A stretch of DNA of 63,314 nucleotides, the filler included, from Octopus bimaculoides (taxonomy: Eukaryota), in assembly GCF_001194135.2 (NCBI RefSeq). It is 3 parts of 3 records of this genome, joined end to end, with 100 filler letters (N's around TTAATTAATTAA, not from the genome) between each part and the next. Parts side by side here need not be neighbours in the genome. Positions count along the whole stretch, not along the records: positions 31,538 to 41,693 come from NC_068985.1; positions 41,794 to 63,314 come from NC_068986.1; 1 more part is not named here. One strand, given 5' to 3'. The notes under the pieces were generated by a model that worked only from the letters and a program-made list of their open reading frames with translations, searched no databases and was not told where the DNA came from. Below are positions 37,881 to 51,046 of the stretch, one piece after another (position 1 is the stretch's first letter; each line of letters begins with the position of its first letter). The position numbers were made by a program, and so were the translations under genes.

Positions 37881-39067
37881 TTGACTTGGAGGGATTATTC
37901 TCAATCATGGACTGGATCTAACGAACAAATTCTCTGCGCCATGTTTTTCCATAAAGGTATAGTATAATTGTAACTTAATGTGACTACGAATATCAAGACA
38001 CTTAAATTACTAGAAATAAGACTTAAATGCTCTAATGCTGTAGGAAAAACACACAAATATATACCTGTATCCTCATAGGGGCTGCAATCACCCCAAAACA
38101 CCATCTCTAGAATTCTTTAGAATAAACGTCCAGTTTCGGCTATTTACGTAGCCTCTTCCGTACGGACCTCTGGCTGATTCCGGAATTAATCCGCCGTCAG
38201 CATATATTTATTTACCATAAAAAATCATGATGATTTAGCAAATTGCTTATGGCTGTTCATATTAATTTTTGTATACGCATTAACGATAGCATTGCGAACG
38301 TATAGCTTCCTGTTTAGCTCACTGCTGTTCACATCGGGCAAGTGTCTTCTTTTTTATCCTGAGGGAGACCAATGCAATGTGAGCGAATTTATAAGTTGGA
38401 ATAAATGCAGAAGCCTATCGTATATATGTTTTTCACTTTGCTTCATAACTCGTAGTCGTTTCTCAACGTCAAATAATGCGGTTCGTCAACAAGAGAAAGA
38501 CACTATGATTACACAACTGGAGGTACGCACTGAGATCGCCTTGCTTGATTTGAGCATAATACCCGGTGTCGCTGATCGATACGAGTAAAATCATAATCGA
38601 TTAAAGGTACTACACCTCACGGTTTTGTGGTTTGGGCTTTGGTGCCACAGCAGACTTATTTAAGTAATTCATACTCTTCATATCTGCATGTCTATCAAAA
38701 GCTTCTTAGTGAAATGTGGTCAGCTAAACCAGTCAAATCCCGTCAACGAATGCATTCATAAATTTCGTTTGTAAAAAAGAGGCTGCCACCCGATTTAGTT
38801 CTAGTACATTGGTCTTAGCTGACGTTAATCATTCTGAGAAGTATACAGAATAATTTGAGGTCCGCCTATAATATGAGGAAATTGAACACCCACTGTGTAT
38901 ATCTTTATCTACGTCTGAAGACACTCGACTTTCAAATGATTTTTAATTTAATTAATTAATTTTCTGAGAGCCTGAACTGAAACAACTGTAAGGGATGTTT
39001 GTCAATTTTTTAATTAATAAATAATAATTTATTTATTACCTTCCTATTCTCACATCTTATTATTATA

Positions 39068-39150
<83 letters not shown>

Positions 39151-39371
39151 TGCAAGTATCTCTGTTATGATTCTAAAGAGAGTGAGAGATATGTAAGATC
39201 ACACATACCAACTTCAGCATAATAAATACATCAGAAGTGAGGAATCTACTTATTTATTTAACAAGGCAAAGGAAAATAGACAGAACAAAATTGTTTGAAG
39301 GTAAAATATTACACTTCGCTATTTTGCCTGATTAGGTCCTTAATATGTTTTCATTGTTAATTCCAAGATTG

Positions 39372-39842
39372 CGTGTGTGTATGTTGTGTGTGTTTTTGTG
39401 ACTGTGAATGTGTGTGTGTTTGTGTGTGCGTTTGTGTGTGCTTGTGTGACTGTGAATGAGTGTGTGTGTTTGTGTTTGTTTGTTTGTGTGTGTGTAAGTG
39501 TGTGTGTAAGTGTGTGTGTGACTGTGAGCGTGGGTGCGGATGTGTTTGCGTTTCTGTGCGTGCTTATGTGTGTGTGCGTGTGTTTGTGTGACTGTGAATG
39601 TGTGTTTGTGTGCGTGTGTGTGACTGAGTATGTGCGCGCATATGTTTGCGTATCTCTGCGTGCGTACGTGTGTGTGTGTGTGAGTGTGTGTTTGTGTTTC
39701 TGCGTGTGTGTGAGTGTGAGTGTGCGCGCACACGCGTGTCCGTATGTGTGCGTGCGTACGTGTGTGTTTGAGTGTATGTGTTTGTGTGACTTAGTTTGCG
39801 CGCACGCGTGCGTGCGTATGTGTGTGTGTGTGTGTGTGTGTG
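39372..39842 (+). repeat. Degenerate (TG)n tract
   Basis: Direct reading. Confidence 0.9.
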
Positions 39843-39849
39843 TGATTCT

Positions 39850-40320
39850 GAGTGTGGACAGTAGAAAATGCGGAAAGAAATCGTTTGGCTATTCGGAGAG
39901 GAATGTTGTTGGGAGAATTGTTCTCTCCATTATTCTTCCTTATTACGTTAATAGTTCTTAGAAGTATACAGAGTAAATTGAGGCCCGCCTATAATTTTGT
40001 CGACATCACGGTGAAAAAAATGGCCGCAAACTGTACACAACAAATTAATACACCTTCATAATCCAACCACCGAAAAGCTGTTTGGGGAGAATAATTGTGC
40101 AGTGTTAATTCTGAAGAACGTCTGAAAGCTAAAATCTGGCGGTATGAATATGCAAGACAATATCATAAGTGCTCTGTGAGATATTGAGAGATACACATAC
40201 CCAGGAGTACAGCACAACTATAGGACAATGATAGGGGAAAAGAAAGTATCGCCAAAGCTTACACAATTTGGAAGATCCTGGAAACAAATTTACATGGAGG
40301 AATATTGTTTTCGACTCTAA
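39850..40320 (+). mobile_element. Old R4/Dong-type RT fragment
   Basis: IRRGMLLGELFSPLFF resembles IRRGIFQGDSLSPLLF; FGENNCAVLILK resembles FGLDKCAVL; RYTYPGV resembles YKYLGI. A related 35-bp piece occurs near 38837-38872. Confidence 0.65.
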
Positions 40321-40677
40321 GCACAAGGGGCAAAATTTTGGGGGAGGGGCGGCAGTTGATTAGATCGACCCCAGTACGTAGCTGGTACTTAATTTATCCA
40401 TCCTGAAAGGGTGAAAGGCAAAGTCGACCTCGGCGGAATTTGAAGTCAGAAAGTAAAGACAGCCGAAATACCGCTAAGTATTTCGCCCGCCGTGCTAACG
40501 TTTCTTATTTCTTTATTGCCCACAAGGGGCTAAACATATAGGGGACAAACAAGGACAGACAAAGTGATTAAGTCGATTACATCGACCCCAGTGCGTAACT
40601 GGTACTAAATTTATCGACCCCGAAAGGATGAAAGGCAAAGTCGACCTCGGCGGAATTTGAAGTCAGAAAGTAAAGAC
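40320..40677 (-). mobile_element. Two tandem SINE family A copies with different 3' tails
   Basis: 40320-40500 has the GCACAAGG..AAATTTTGGGG tail; 40501-40677 has the CCCACAAGGGGCTAAACA...GGACAGACAAA tail; cores match. Confidence 0.85.
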
Positions 40678-40876
40678 NNNNNNNNNNNNNNNNNNNNNNN
40701 NNNNNNNNNNNNNNNNNNNNNNNNNNNNNNNNNNNNNNNNNNNNNNNNNNNNNNNNNNNNNNNNNNNNNNNNNNNNNNNNNNNNNNNNNNNNNNNNNNNN
40801 NNNNNNNNNNNNTTACATAAAATATGACTTTAAAAATTATATAAAATATAAAAAATCGAATGATATTAACAGTACG

Positions 40877-41693
40877 TTAGACAACACAAATGAAGCGATG
40901 ATCAGGCCACGCTCCGACCCCACAAGCCACGATCTCTCGCTGGCACCTTTTTTTTTTCCTTTTTTTTTCCTGACTATTCACACGGTTCCTTGCACGGACA
41001 ACACTCGTGCAACATGCTTCCATCTCTTTTGGAACGTACACTCCGACAGACATCTCCTCTCCAGCCACACTTTCCTTTTCAAATGAAAAGTAAAAAATGA
41101 ACGTAAAGTGTGGCCAGAGATAAAGTTGCCTGTCTTAATTCCTTTTATCCTCGTCTTCCATACTGCCTCTTTCGCTATTGCTACAACCGTGAGAAAACAA
41201 TTCTTACCTTCGTTTGTTAAAAATCCCGGTGGGTCAATTTTTATAATTGACTCAGTCGACAGCTGTACTCTTTATTCGCCGGACAACAGGTGTTCAGCAT
41301 AAGCCCACATTTCAGATATCTCCGGACACTGAACAATAGCGTGATGGACGGTTTCCCTGTCTCCCCTGCATCTTGGACAGGTCAGCGACTGAGGCTTACC
41401 GTGTCTTGCAAGCTTATCCCAAACGGGCAAGGCACCTCTGTAGCATTGCCAGGTTAAGGACTTTTGGAAGTTGTCCAACGTTCTCAACACGAATGTACGG
41501 TGAAACAGGCTATCCAGTTGAATAAACCCGAGACCTAGAGTCGCCCCCAGGCCATCGTCGCATTCAGACTCTACTAACCCACTATATAGCATCCGTGTGG
41601 AACCCCCACCGCTGGCGTTGCCCGAGCGCCGGAAAAGCAAGAGGGCCTTACGACACTCTTTATGCCATTCACTCGACCTCGGTCTACGAGAAC
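40877..41693 (-). mobile_element. Tx1/L1-clade LINE ORF2 3' fragment, second subfamily
   Basis: QKSLTWQCYRGALPVWDKLARHG...TCPRCRGDRETVHHAIVQCP (zf-RVT-like CxxC...H...C), FHLKRKV.LERR; 3' UTR unlike the 28.5-kb copy. Confidence 0.85.
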
Positions 41694-41793
41694 NNNNNNN
41701 NNNNNNNNNNNNNNNNNNNNNNNNNNNNNNNNNNNNNTTAATTAATTAANNNNNNNNNNNNNNNNNNNNNNNNNNNNNNNNNNNNNNNNNNNN
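41694..41793. other. Artificial contig-join spacer
   Basis: N44-TTAATTAATTAA-N44. Confidence 0.95.
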
Positions 41794-42935
41794 ATATATA
41801 TATATATAAATGTATTCCTACGTGTGTGCATCCATTCATATACACACACGTGTATATTTTTTCATAGACTCATACATGGTTGCATATGTATATATGTGTC
41901 CGCGTGTATGTGTGTGTGTGTATGTGTGTGTGCCTGCGTGCGTCATATTTTGCCATTTCCGGCTTTATTGATATAGTCAGCAGCTGACCGAGCATTACAC
42001 AGTCAGAAGAACCACAAGATGGAACTTGTAGTCACAGAAATATTTTGATCTTTCCAATTCCCTATTTATATACATACATGTAGACATATATGTGTGTGCT
42101 CATAACTGTGTGTGTGCACGTGTGTGTGTGTGTATAAACCTACACATACGTAAACACAGAGGCACATACAAGCACATACGAGGTGCAGTGAAAAATTATA
42201 AAATAGAAGCATTAGAAAAATAATTTAAAAGCCGAAAATATGTGGGACGAGAATGATGACAAAAAGACAGCAGAGAAAATAGAGGTAAGAAAAAATAAAA
42301 TAGAATTTAGAACAAAATCCACAAAATGAAGTCGAAAAAGGAAAAATACTAAACAAAATAAAATTACAAAAATTGATGAATGTAGGAAGAAAACTAGGTG
42401 GTGGAAAAGAAGAAATTGAAGATGAAGAAAGAATCTGCTAAATAAGAATCGAAGAAAATAGCATGACAAAACAAAAAAACTGGAAAAGTGCATAGAAAAA
42501 GATGTAGAAAAAAATGGCGAAAAAATTTACGTTCGTAAGCAAATAGAGAAATTAGAACACTGCGCATGGATGACGTTTTTTTGAATTATATCTTATTGAT
42601 CACCAATTGGTAATTTATTAAAGAACAAGAGTTAGGCTGGTAGGTAGGTAGGTATGTATGTATGTAGGTAGGTAGGTATTTGGTATTTAGATAGATATAA
42701 GGATAAGCTGACAAACACAAAAGATTGTTAGATACATATAAAGGCAGGTGGAATGGTTGAGCGATAGTTAGATAGATATACAGATAGATAAATGGATATG
42801 TGGATAGTTGTAAAGATATATAGTTGGGTAGAAGGACAAGAGATAGACGAATCAATAGATATAAAAATAGGTAGATAGAAAGGTATACAGGTTTATGTCT
42901 GTGAGTGCGTGTGTGAGTCTGTGTGTGTGTGAGTC

Positions 42936-42968
<33 letters not shown>

Positions 42969-43072
42969 GTATGAGAAGATAGATATGTAGCTATTAAGTT
43001 AGGTACCAAGATATAGGTAGCTGTCTATATATATTTGTATTTACCTTGCTCTTTTTTAATTCGTTCCTCTCG

Positions 43073-43109
<37 letters not shown>

Positions 43110-43267
43110 ATATATATAATAGTAAACATATACACGCACACAACCACACACACACATATATACATACACAAACACGCACGCATATACATTATGTATATAT
43201 GTGTGTGCGTGCGTGTGTATATATACATATATATAGATCTATATATATGTGTGTATATATATATATA

Positions 43268-43317
<50 letters not shown>

Positions 43318-44266
43318 TATGTATATATATGTACGTGTATATATATATATATTCATATACACACACATATATATATATATATATGTATATATATGTATAT
43401 ATATGTATATATATGTATANNNNNNNNNNNNNNNNNNNNNNNNNNNNNNNNNNNNNNNNNNNNNNNNNNNNNNNNNNNNNNNNNNNNNNNNNNNNNNNNN
43501 NNNNNNNNNNNNNNNNNNNNNNNNNNNNNNNNNNNNNNNNNNNNNNNNNNNNNNNNNNNNNNNNNNNNNNNNNNNNNNNNNNNNNNNNNNNNNNNNNNNN
43601 NNNNNNNNNNNNNNNNNNNNNNNNNNNNNNNNNNNNNNNNNNNNNNNNNNNNNNNNNNNNNNNNNNNNNNNNNNNNNNNNNNNNNNNNNNNNNNNNNNNN
43701 NNNNNNNNNNNNNNNNNNNNNNNNNNNNNNNNNNNNNNNNNNNNNNNNNNNNNNNNNNNNNNNNNNNNNNNNNNNNNNNNNNNNNNNNNNNNNNNNNNNN
43801 NNNNNNNNNNNNNNNNNNNNNNNNNNNNNNNNNNNNNNNNNNNNNNNNNNNNNNNNNNNNNNNNNNNNNNNNNNNNNNNNNNNNNNNNNNNNNNNNNNNN
43901 NNNNNNNNNNNNNNNNNNNNNNNNNNNNNNNNNNNNNNNNNNNNNNNNNNNNNNNNNNNNNNNNNNNNNNNNNNNNNNNNNNNNNNNNNNNNNNNNNNNN
44001 NNNNNNNNNNNNNNNNNNNNNNNNNNNNNNNNNNNNNNNNNNNNNNNNNNNNNNNNNNNNNNNNNNNNNNNNNNNNNNNNNNNNNNNNNNNNNNNNNNNN
44101 NNNNNNNNNNNNNNNNNNNNNNNNNNNNNNNNNNNNNNNNNNNNNNNNNNNNNNNNNNNNNNNNNNNNNNNNNNNNNNNNNNNNNNNNNNNNNNNNNNNN
44201 NNNNNNNNNNNNNNNNNNNNNNNNNNNNNNNNNNNNNNNNNNNNNNNNNNNNNNNNNNNNNNNNNA

Positions 44267-44474
44267 TCATCATCATCATCATCACCATCATCACCATCAT
44301 CACCATCATCATCATCACCATTATCACCATCATCATCATCATCACCATCATCACCATCATCATCATGATCATCATCATCATCACCATCATCACCATCATC
44401 ATCATCATCACCATCATCACCATCATCATCATCATCACCATCATCACCAACATCATCATCATCACCATCATCAC

Positions 44475-44528
<54 letters not shown>

Positions 44529-45100
44529 CATCATCATCATCATCAACATCATCATCATCATCATCAACATCATCATATTGGTCATCATTATCATTAGCAT
44601 CGTCATCATCATCATCATCATCGTCATCATTAGCATCATCATCATCATCATCAACATCTTTATCATGAGCATCGTCGTCACATTCTACAATCTTCTTCAC
44701 CATCACTATCGCTCCAATCACTTCCGTCACCACCTCTGTCGCAACCATCACCACCACCACCGCCACAACCACCACCATCACCGTTACGATCAACACAAAC
44801 ACTTTCGCCGCTGTCACCACCACAACCAACACTCCCACACCCCTTCCTCACCACCATCACCACCACCACCACCACCACCACATCGACTGTGACCACCTTA
44901 ATCATCATCATCATCATCACAATCACCATCATTATTATTACCTCCCCTCACTTCTACCACCCCACCCCCACCAGAGTCACTACAACCACTTGCGTCCCCA
45001 CCATCCCCACCGCTGTCACCTCCACCACGGTTACCTCAGCCATTATCACCAACGAGCATTTTCATACACATTCACCACCACCACCACCACCACCACCACC
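44267..45100 (+). repeat. (CAT)n/(CAC)n cryptically simple tract
   Basis: Direct reading; source of the poly-His/Asp/Ile/Met pseudo-ORFs; bounded by gaps. Confidence 0.95.
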
Positions 45101-46681
45101 NNNNNNNNNNNNNNNNNNNNNNNNNNNNNNNNNNNNNNNNNNNNNNNNNNNNNNNNNNNNNNNNNNNNNNNNNNNNNNNNNNNNNNNNNNNNNNNNNNNN
45201 NNNNNNNNNNNNNNNNNNNNNNNNNNNNNNNNNNNNNNNNNNNNNNNNNNNNNNNNNNNNNNNNNNNNNNNNNNNNNNNNNNNNNNNNNNNNNNNNNNNN
45301 NNNNNNNNNNNNNNNNNNNNNNNNNNNNNNNNNNNNNNNNNNNNNNNNNNNNNNNNNNNNNNNNNNNNNNNNNNNNNNNNNNNNNNNNNNNNNNNNNNNN
45401 NNNNNNNNNNNNNNNNNNNNNNNNNNNNNNNNNNNNNNNNNNNNNNNNNNNNNNNNNNNNNNNNNNNNNNNNNNNNNNNNNNNNNNNNNNNNNNNNNNNN
45501 NNNNNNNNNNNNNNNNNNNNNNNNNNNNNNNNNNNNNNNNNNNNNNNNNNNNNNNNNNNNNNNNNNNNNNNNNNNNNNNNNNNNNNNNNNNNNNNNNNNN
45601 NNNNNNNNNNNNNNNNNNNNNNNNNNNNNNNNNNNNNNNNNNNNNNNNNNNNNNNNNNNNNNNNNNNNNNNNNNNNNNNNNNNNNNNNNNNNNNNNNNNN
45701 NNNNNNNNNNNNNNNNNNNNNNNNNNNNNNNNNNNNNNNNNNNNNNNNNNNNNNNNNNNNNNNNNNNNNNNNNNNNNNNNNNNNNNNNNNNNNNNNNNNN
45801 NNNNNNNNNNNNNNNNNNNNNNNNNNNNNNNNNNNNNNNNNNNNNNNNNNNNNNNNNNNNNNNNNNNNNNNNNNNNNNNNNNNNNNNNNNNNNNNNNNNN
45901 NNNNNNNNNNNNNNNNNNNNNNCCCCCCCCAGGTCACCTGAGCTGTTTTTTCCTAACTTTTCCTTTTGTTTTTCCTGATATTTTCACATGGAAATATGGA
46001 TGTAACACGAAGAAGCTTTGGCTACTCTAACTAGTAAATCGATCAACCACCAGAGAAGTTCACTGTGTCGGCTACTGTCGTTCTTGGTGCTGGTGGTGGT
46101 GGTATTGTTGTAGCCGGTGGTGGTGGCGGTGGTGATGGAATGGTTCGGTAAATGAACATCAGTTCGTAAGGAGACAGTAATCCGCTACACAATGTTGGAT
46201 AGCTGACCTAGATCTGCCGACACTAAATCACGGAGCCATGTGATTGAACTGGAATATGAACATCAACAGCAAAATGTAAAAAAAAAAAAAAGCAGAAAGA
46301 AAAATTCAAACAAAAAAGAGCAAACGAAAAAGCAAGAATACAAAAAAATAAACAACAACAACACCACCACCAATAACAACAACAGCAGCAGTAGCAGCAG
46401 CAGTAGAAGCAGAAAAACACCTACACAACCCAGAGAAATTGTACTAGAAAAACTGCTTAAAGCTATTACACAAAGTAACCTAGTTTAGTGTGAAATATTT
46501 TTAGTGTTTCCTCATAATTTTTGTCTTGGTAAATTTATCAAGTTGTTTTGTTCATTGTTTTTTTTTTCATTTTTGGCGACCTGGATTTTTATTATTTTTT
46601 TTGTTATTTTTGTGTATTATTGTATTATTGTTTTCTTAATTTATTTTTGTTTACATAGATACATACATACATGCACATACA

Positions 46682-46717
<36 letters not shown>

Positions 46718-48032
46718 TANNNNNNNNNNNNNNNNNNNNNNNNNNNNNNNNNNNNNNNNNNNNNNNNNNNNNNNNNNNNNNNNNNNNNNNNNNNNNNNNN
46801 NNNNNNNNNNNNNNNNNNNNNNNNNNNNNNNNNNNNNNNNNNNNNNNNNNNNNNNNNNNNNNNNNNNNNNNNNNNNNNNNNNNNNNNNNNNNNNNNNNNN
46901 NNNNNNNNNNNNNNNNNNNNNNNNNNNNNNNNNNNNNNNNNNNNNNNNNNNNNNNNNNNNNNNNNNNNNNNNNNNNNNNNNNNNNNNNNNNNNNNNNNNN
47001 NNNNNNNNNNNNNNNNNNNNNNNNNNNNNNNNNNNNNNNNNNNNNNNNNNNNNNNNNNNNNNNNNNNNNNNNNNNNNNNNNNNNNNNNNNNNNNNNNNNN
47101 NNNNNNNNNNNNNNNNNNNNNNNNNNNNNNNNNNNNNNNNNNNNNNNNNNNNNNNNNNNNNNNNNNNNNNNNNNNNNNNNNNNNNNNNNNNNNNNNNNNN
47201 NNNNNNNNNNNNNNNNNNNNNNNNNNNNNNNNNNNNNNNNNNNNNNNNNNNNNNNNNNNNNNNNNNNNNNNNNNNNNNNNNNNNNNNNNNNNNNNNNNNN
47301 NNNNNNNNNNNNNNNNNNNNNTATATATATATATATATATCTGTATGTATGTATGAGTCCTGTAGATTGCTTCAAGCATTGCGGAAAATGTAGTGACTTG
47401 GCGTGTTACAGAAGCCGATAGCAATGCAAACAGCGCATTAAATATAAAAAATTTCGATAACAAAGATATCGAAATATTGCTTTAGAAAATATTTCATTAG
47501 CACTGATATTTCGAGGTTAAAACATCTTTACGAGGGCTTAATAGAACAAAAGAAAGGGAAAGTCATAAACTATTTGTTCACTTTCTTGGCGACACGAAAT
47601 CATCATGGATGAATTAGAGCGTGTTTTGAGATTTAAAATTTGGTGCTGCGTCTTGTATTCCACGGGCTGTTCGTGCCAGAGTACGGGCGACATGTGTACG
47701 AGGAGAAACTGAGTCAAGTTATTGTGTCGCACATTTATAGTATTCATTGAATCCGGATATCCGGATAAATGTTTTTTCTTTTTACCTGTTATTAGAATGG
47801 TCTCTTTAATCAGTAGCTTACCAATGTTACCGGCTCATATTTTTAAGGTAAAGATTTGAAGCATGATGCGTACGGCTCTTGGATTAGAAAATGCAAAGGT
47901 TGATTTGTGTTGCTGACGTAACGAGATGCATTGCATTTAGTGCACTGAATCTGATAGACTACGAGGAACTATGGCCGGAACTTCGAAGTCATTGCTAGCA
48001 CTATCTGTGTTAAAAAATAATATGCACACACG

Positions 48033-48103
<71 letters not shown>

Positions 48104-48142
48104 NNNNNNNNNNNNNNNNNNNNNNNNNNNNNNNNNNNNNNN

Positions 48143-48199
<57 letters not shown>

Positions 48200-48309
48200 T
48201 TATTTATCTGGAAAACCAGTATTTATGTGTACAGAGAAATATTTGGTTCTGAAGTTTGATGGTTTAAGCAGCAGCAGCAGCCGAGGAAGGCGGGGGATAT
48301 AGTTGTCTT

Positions 48310-48530
48310 TGTGTCTCTGCCAATACTCCTACCATCGCTTGATAACCGACGTTGGTGTGTTTATGTCCAAGTATCTTAGCAGTTCGGCAAAAGAAGTCGA
48401 TAGCATAAGATCTAGGCTTCTAAAGAATAAGTCCTGGGGTTGAATTCTTCGAGTAAAAAACCCTTTAAAGCGGTGCTGTAGCATGGACGCAGTCATATGA
48501 CTGAAACACGCAAAAGAATTAAAGAATATA
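48310..48530 (+). mobile_element. SINE family B, 3' half
   Basis: ATCGCTTGATAACCG...AATAAGTCCTGGGG...AGCATGG.CGCAGTC..ATGACTGAAAC. Confidence 0.8.
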
Positions 48531-48539
48531 TATGTGTGT

Positions 48540-48592
<53 letters not shown>

Positions 48593-48939
48593 TGTGTGTG
48601 TGTTGCATGATTTCAACGTTGGAATCATGGAATGCAACATGGTGGATGCAAAATAGTTTGGCAGATACATTTATTGAGTCAATAGAAAATATCACTAGTT
48701 ACTGAGCGGATCAATAGGCAACAAACATTTAGCAACCAGGATCAATCAGTTCCGATAGCAAACAACCACTAACGTGTAGTCACAGGTGAGACGTTCACCT
48801 ATCGGAAGCACAGTATACCATATTAATCCGGGTAAGCAGCTCAACAGGAATATTGGACAAAGAAACAACAACAACATTAATAATCATGATGATGATAATA
48901 ATAATAATAATGATAATATTAATAATAATAATAATAATG

Positions 48940-48997
<58 letters not shown>

Positions 48998-49002
48998 TGA
49001 TT

Positions 49003-49205
49003 GGGTGAGCTGGCAGAAATGTTAGTACGCCGGGCGAAATGCTTAGCTGTATTTCGTCTGTCTTTATATTTTGAGTTCAAATTCCGCCGAGGTCGACTTT
49101 GCCTTTCATCCTATCGGAGATCGATAAATTAAGTACCAGTTGCGTACTGTGGTCGATGTAATCGACTGGCCACCTCACCCAAAATTTCGGGCCTTCTACC
49201 TAGAG
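49003..49205 (+). mobile_element. SINE family A, full-length
   Basis: Head GAGCTGGCAGAAATGTTAG, B box GAGTTCAAATTCC, core, tail; follows (AAT)n. Confidence 0.9.
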
Positions 49206-49819
49206 TAGATAAAAATAATAATAATAAAGTTAAAGTGAAGATCAAATATATAGTGCGTATTTTTAAATGGCAAAATANNNNNNNNNNNNNNNNNNNNNNN
49301 NNNNNNNNNNNNNNNNNNNNNNNNNNNNNNNNNNNNNNNNNNNNNNNNNNNNNNNNNNNNNNNNNNNNNNNNNNNNNNNNNNNNNNNNNNNNNNNNNNNN
49401 NNNNNNNNNNNNNNNNNNNNNNNNNNNNNNNNNNNNNNNNNNNNNNNNNNNNNNNNNNNNNNNNNNNNNNNNNNNNNNNNNNNNNNNNNNNNNNNNNNNN
49501 NNNNNNNNNNNNNNNNNNNNNNNNNNNNNNNNNNNNNNNNNNNNNNNNNNNNNNNNNNNNNNNNNNNNNNNNNNNNNNNNNNNNNNNNNNNNNNNNNNNN
49601 NNNNNNNNNNNNNNNNNNNNNNNNNNNNNNNNNNNNNNNNNNNNNNNNNNNNNNNNNNNNNNNNNNNNNNNNNNNNNNNNNNNNNNNNNNNNNNNNNNNN
49701 NNNNNNNNNNNNNNNNNNNNNNNNNNNNNNNNNNNNNNNNNNNNNNNNNNNNNNNNNNNNNNNNNNNNNNNNNNNNNNNNNNNNACACACACACACACAC
49801 ACACACACACACCACATAT

Positions 49820-49915
49820 AGATATATATACGACGGGTTTCTTTCAGTTTCTGTATACCAAATCCACTCACAAAGCTTTGGTCGGCCCAAGGCGATAGTA
49901 GAAGACACTTGCCCA
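49820..49915 (-). mobile_element. SINE family B, 5' internal fragment
   Basis: Reverse complement of TGGGCAAGTGTCTTCTACTAT...GAAACTGAAAGAA.CCCGTCG. Confidence 0.8.
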
Positions 49916-49963
49916 TTTATATATGTATATATATATATATGTGTGTGTGTATGTGTGTGTGCA

Positions 49964-50003
<40 letters not shown>

Positions 50004-50034
50004 AGCGAATGTGTGTGTGATTGTGTGTTTGTGT

Positions 50035-50270
50035 GTGTGTCCACTGCCGCTTGACAACCGGTGCTGGTGTGTCTACGTCTCCGAAACGTAGCGGTTGCTT
50101 TAAAATAGATCGATGAAATTAATTATCAGGCTTAACAAAAAAATAAAGAAAGAAAGAAAGAAATAAGTACCGGGGTCGATTCACTCGACCAAAAATTCAA
50201 GGCTGTGCCCCAGCATGGCCGCTGTCTCATGACTGAAACAAGCAAGTAACAGATAAAAGATAAAAGATAT
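50035..50270 (+). mobile_element. SINE family B, 3' half
   Basis: CCGCTTGACAACCGGTGCTGG...GCCCCAGCATGGCCGC.GTC..ATGACTGAAAC. Confidence 0.8.
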
Positions 50271-50779
50271 TAGATTATATATACCAGTAAATGCATGGAC
50301 TTATCTTGATTGGTCATTGGCTATATCGATACAACACCTCTCACCACACTGACGCGCCTCACACTCATGAGCCATTGAATAATAAGCATAGCAACATATC
50401 TCCTTAAAGAACAAAAGAAAAATCAGTGAATAACTGGTTGCTCATTTGAGACAACGTTGTCTTCGTTTTCCTAGTAAACGTTGCAAACTTTAATATATTC
50501 GCAATGTGACTTAGTTTCTCTTTCGCATATTATCTTTGTAAGAATATGAAGTTTTAAAGTCCAAAATTAATCCATGTACGATTGTTTTTCGCACTGCAGC
50601 TTTCACTTCCACTTGATCACCCCTTTCCAGTCATCTAGAAATAGGGCAGGCAATACACTGTGATCTGTTATGTACTGTTAGGTATGTTAAAGTTAAATCC
50701 AACAGCATGAGCGAGAGACGAGAAAATTCACGCGAAGTATAAAGTATTTAAGAAATCTCTCTCTCTCTCTCTCTCTCCT

Positions 50780-50868
<89 letters not shown>

Positions 50869-50871
50869 GTT

Positions 50872-50910
<39 letters not shown>

Positions 50911-50934
50911 AGCTAGCTAACTATGTATATATTT

Positions 50935-51007
<73 letters not shown>

Positions 51008-51046
51008 TTATCTGCCAGCGTGTGTATGGACATAAGCATACCCATA

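Noticed and set aside
39852-40061. ABCA-transporter-like N-terminal reading (..ELFSPLFFLITLIVLR)
   Set aside because: Better explained as decayed R4/Dong RT (IRRGIFQGDSLSPLLF); downstream RT motifs follow in order.
43035-45941. Very long ORFs (350-549 aa) with poly-His, poly-Asp, poly-Ile or poly-Met
   Set aside because: Made of (CAT)n/(AT)n microsatellites and N runs; open in several frames on both strands.
47366-47485. Cadherin-like peptide IAENVVTWRVTEADSNANSAL after an AG
   Set aside because: Stops after 39 codons and lacks cadherin motif spacing. The same applies to the DKE/IND resemblance at 1819-1927.
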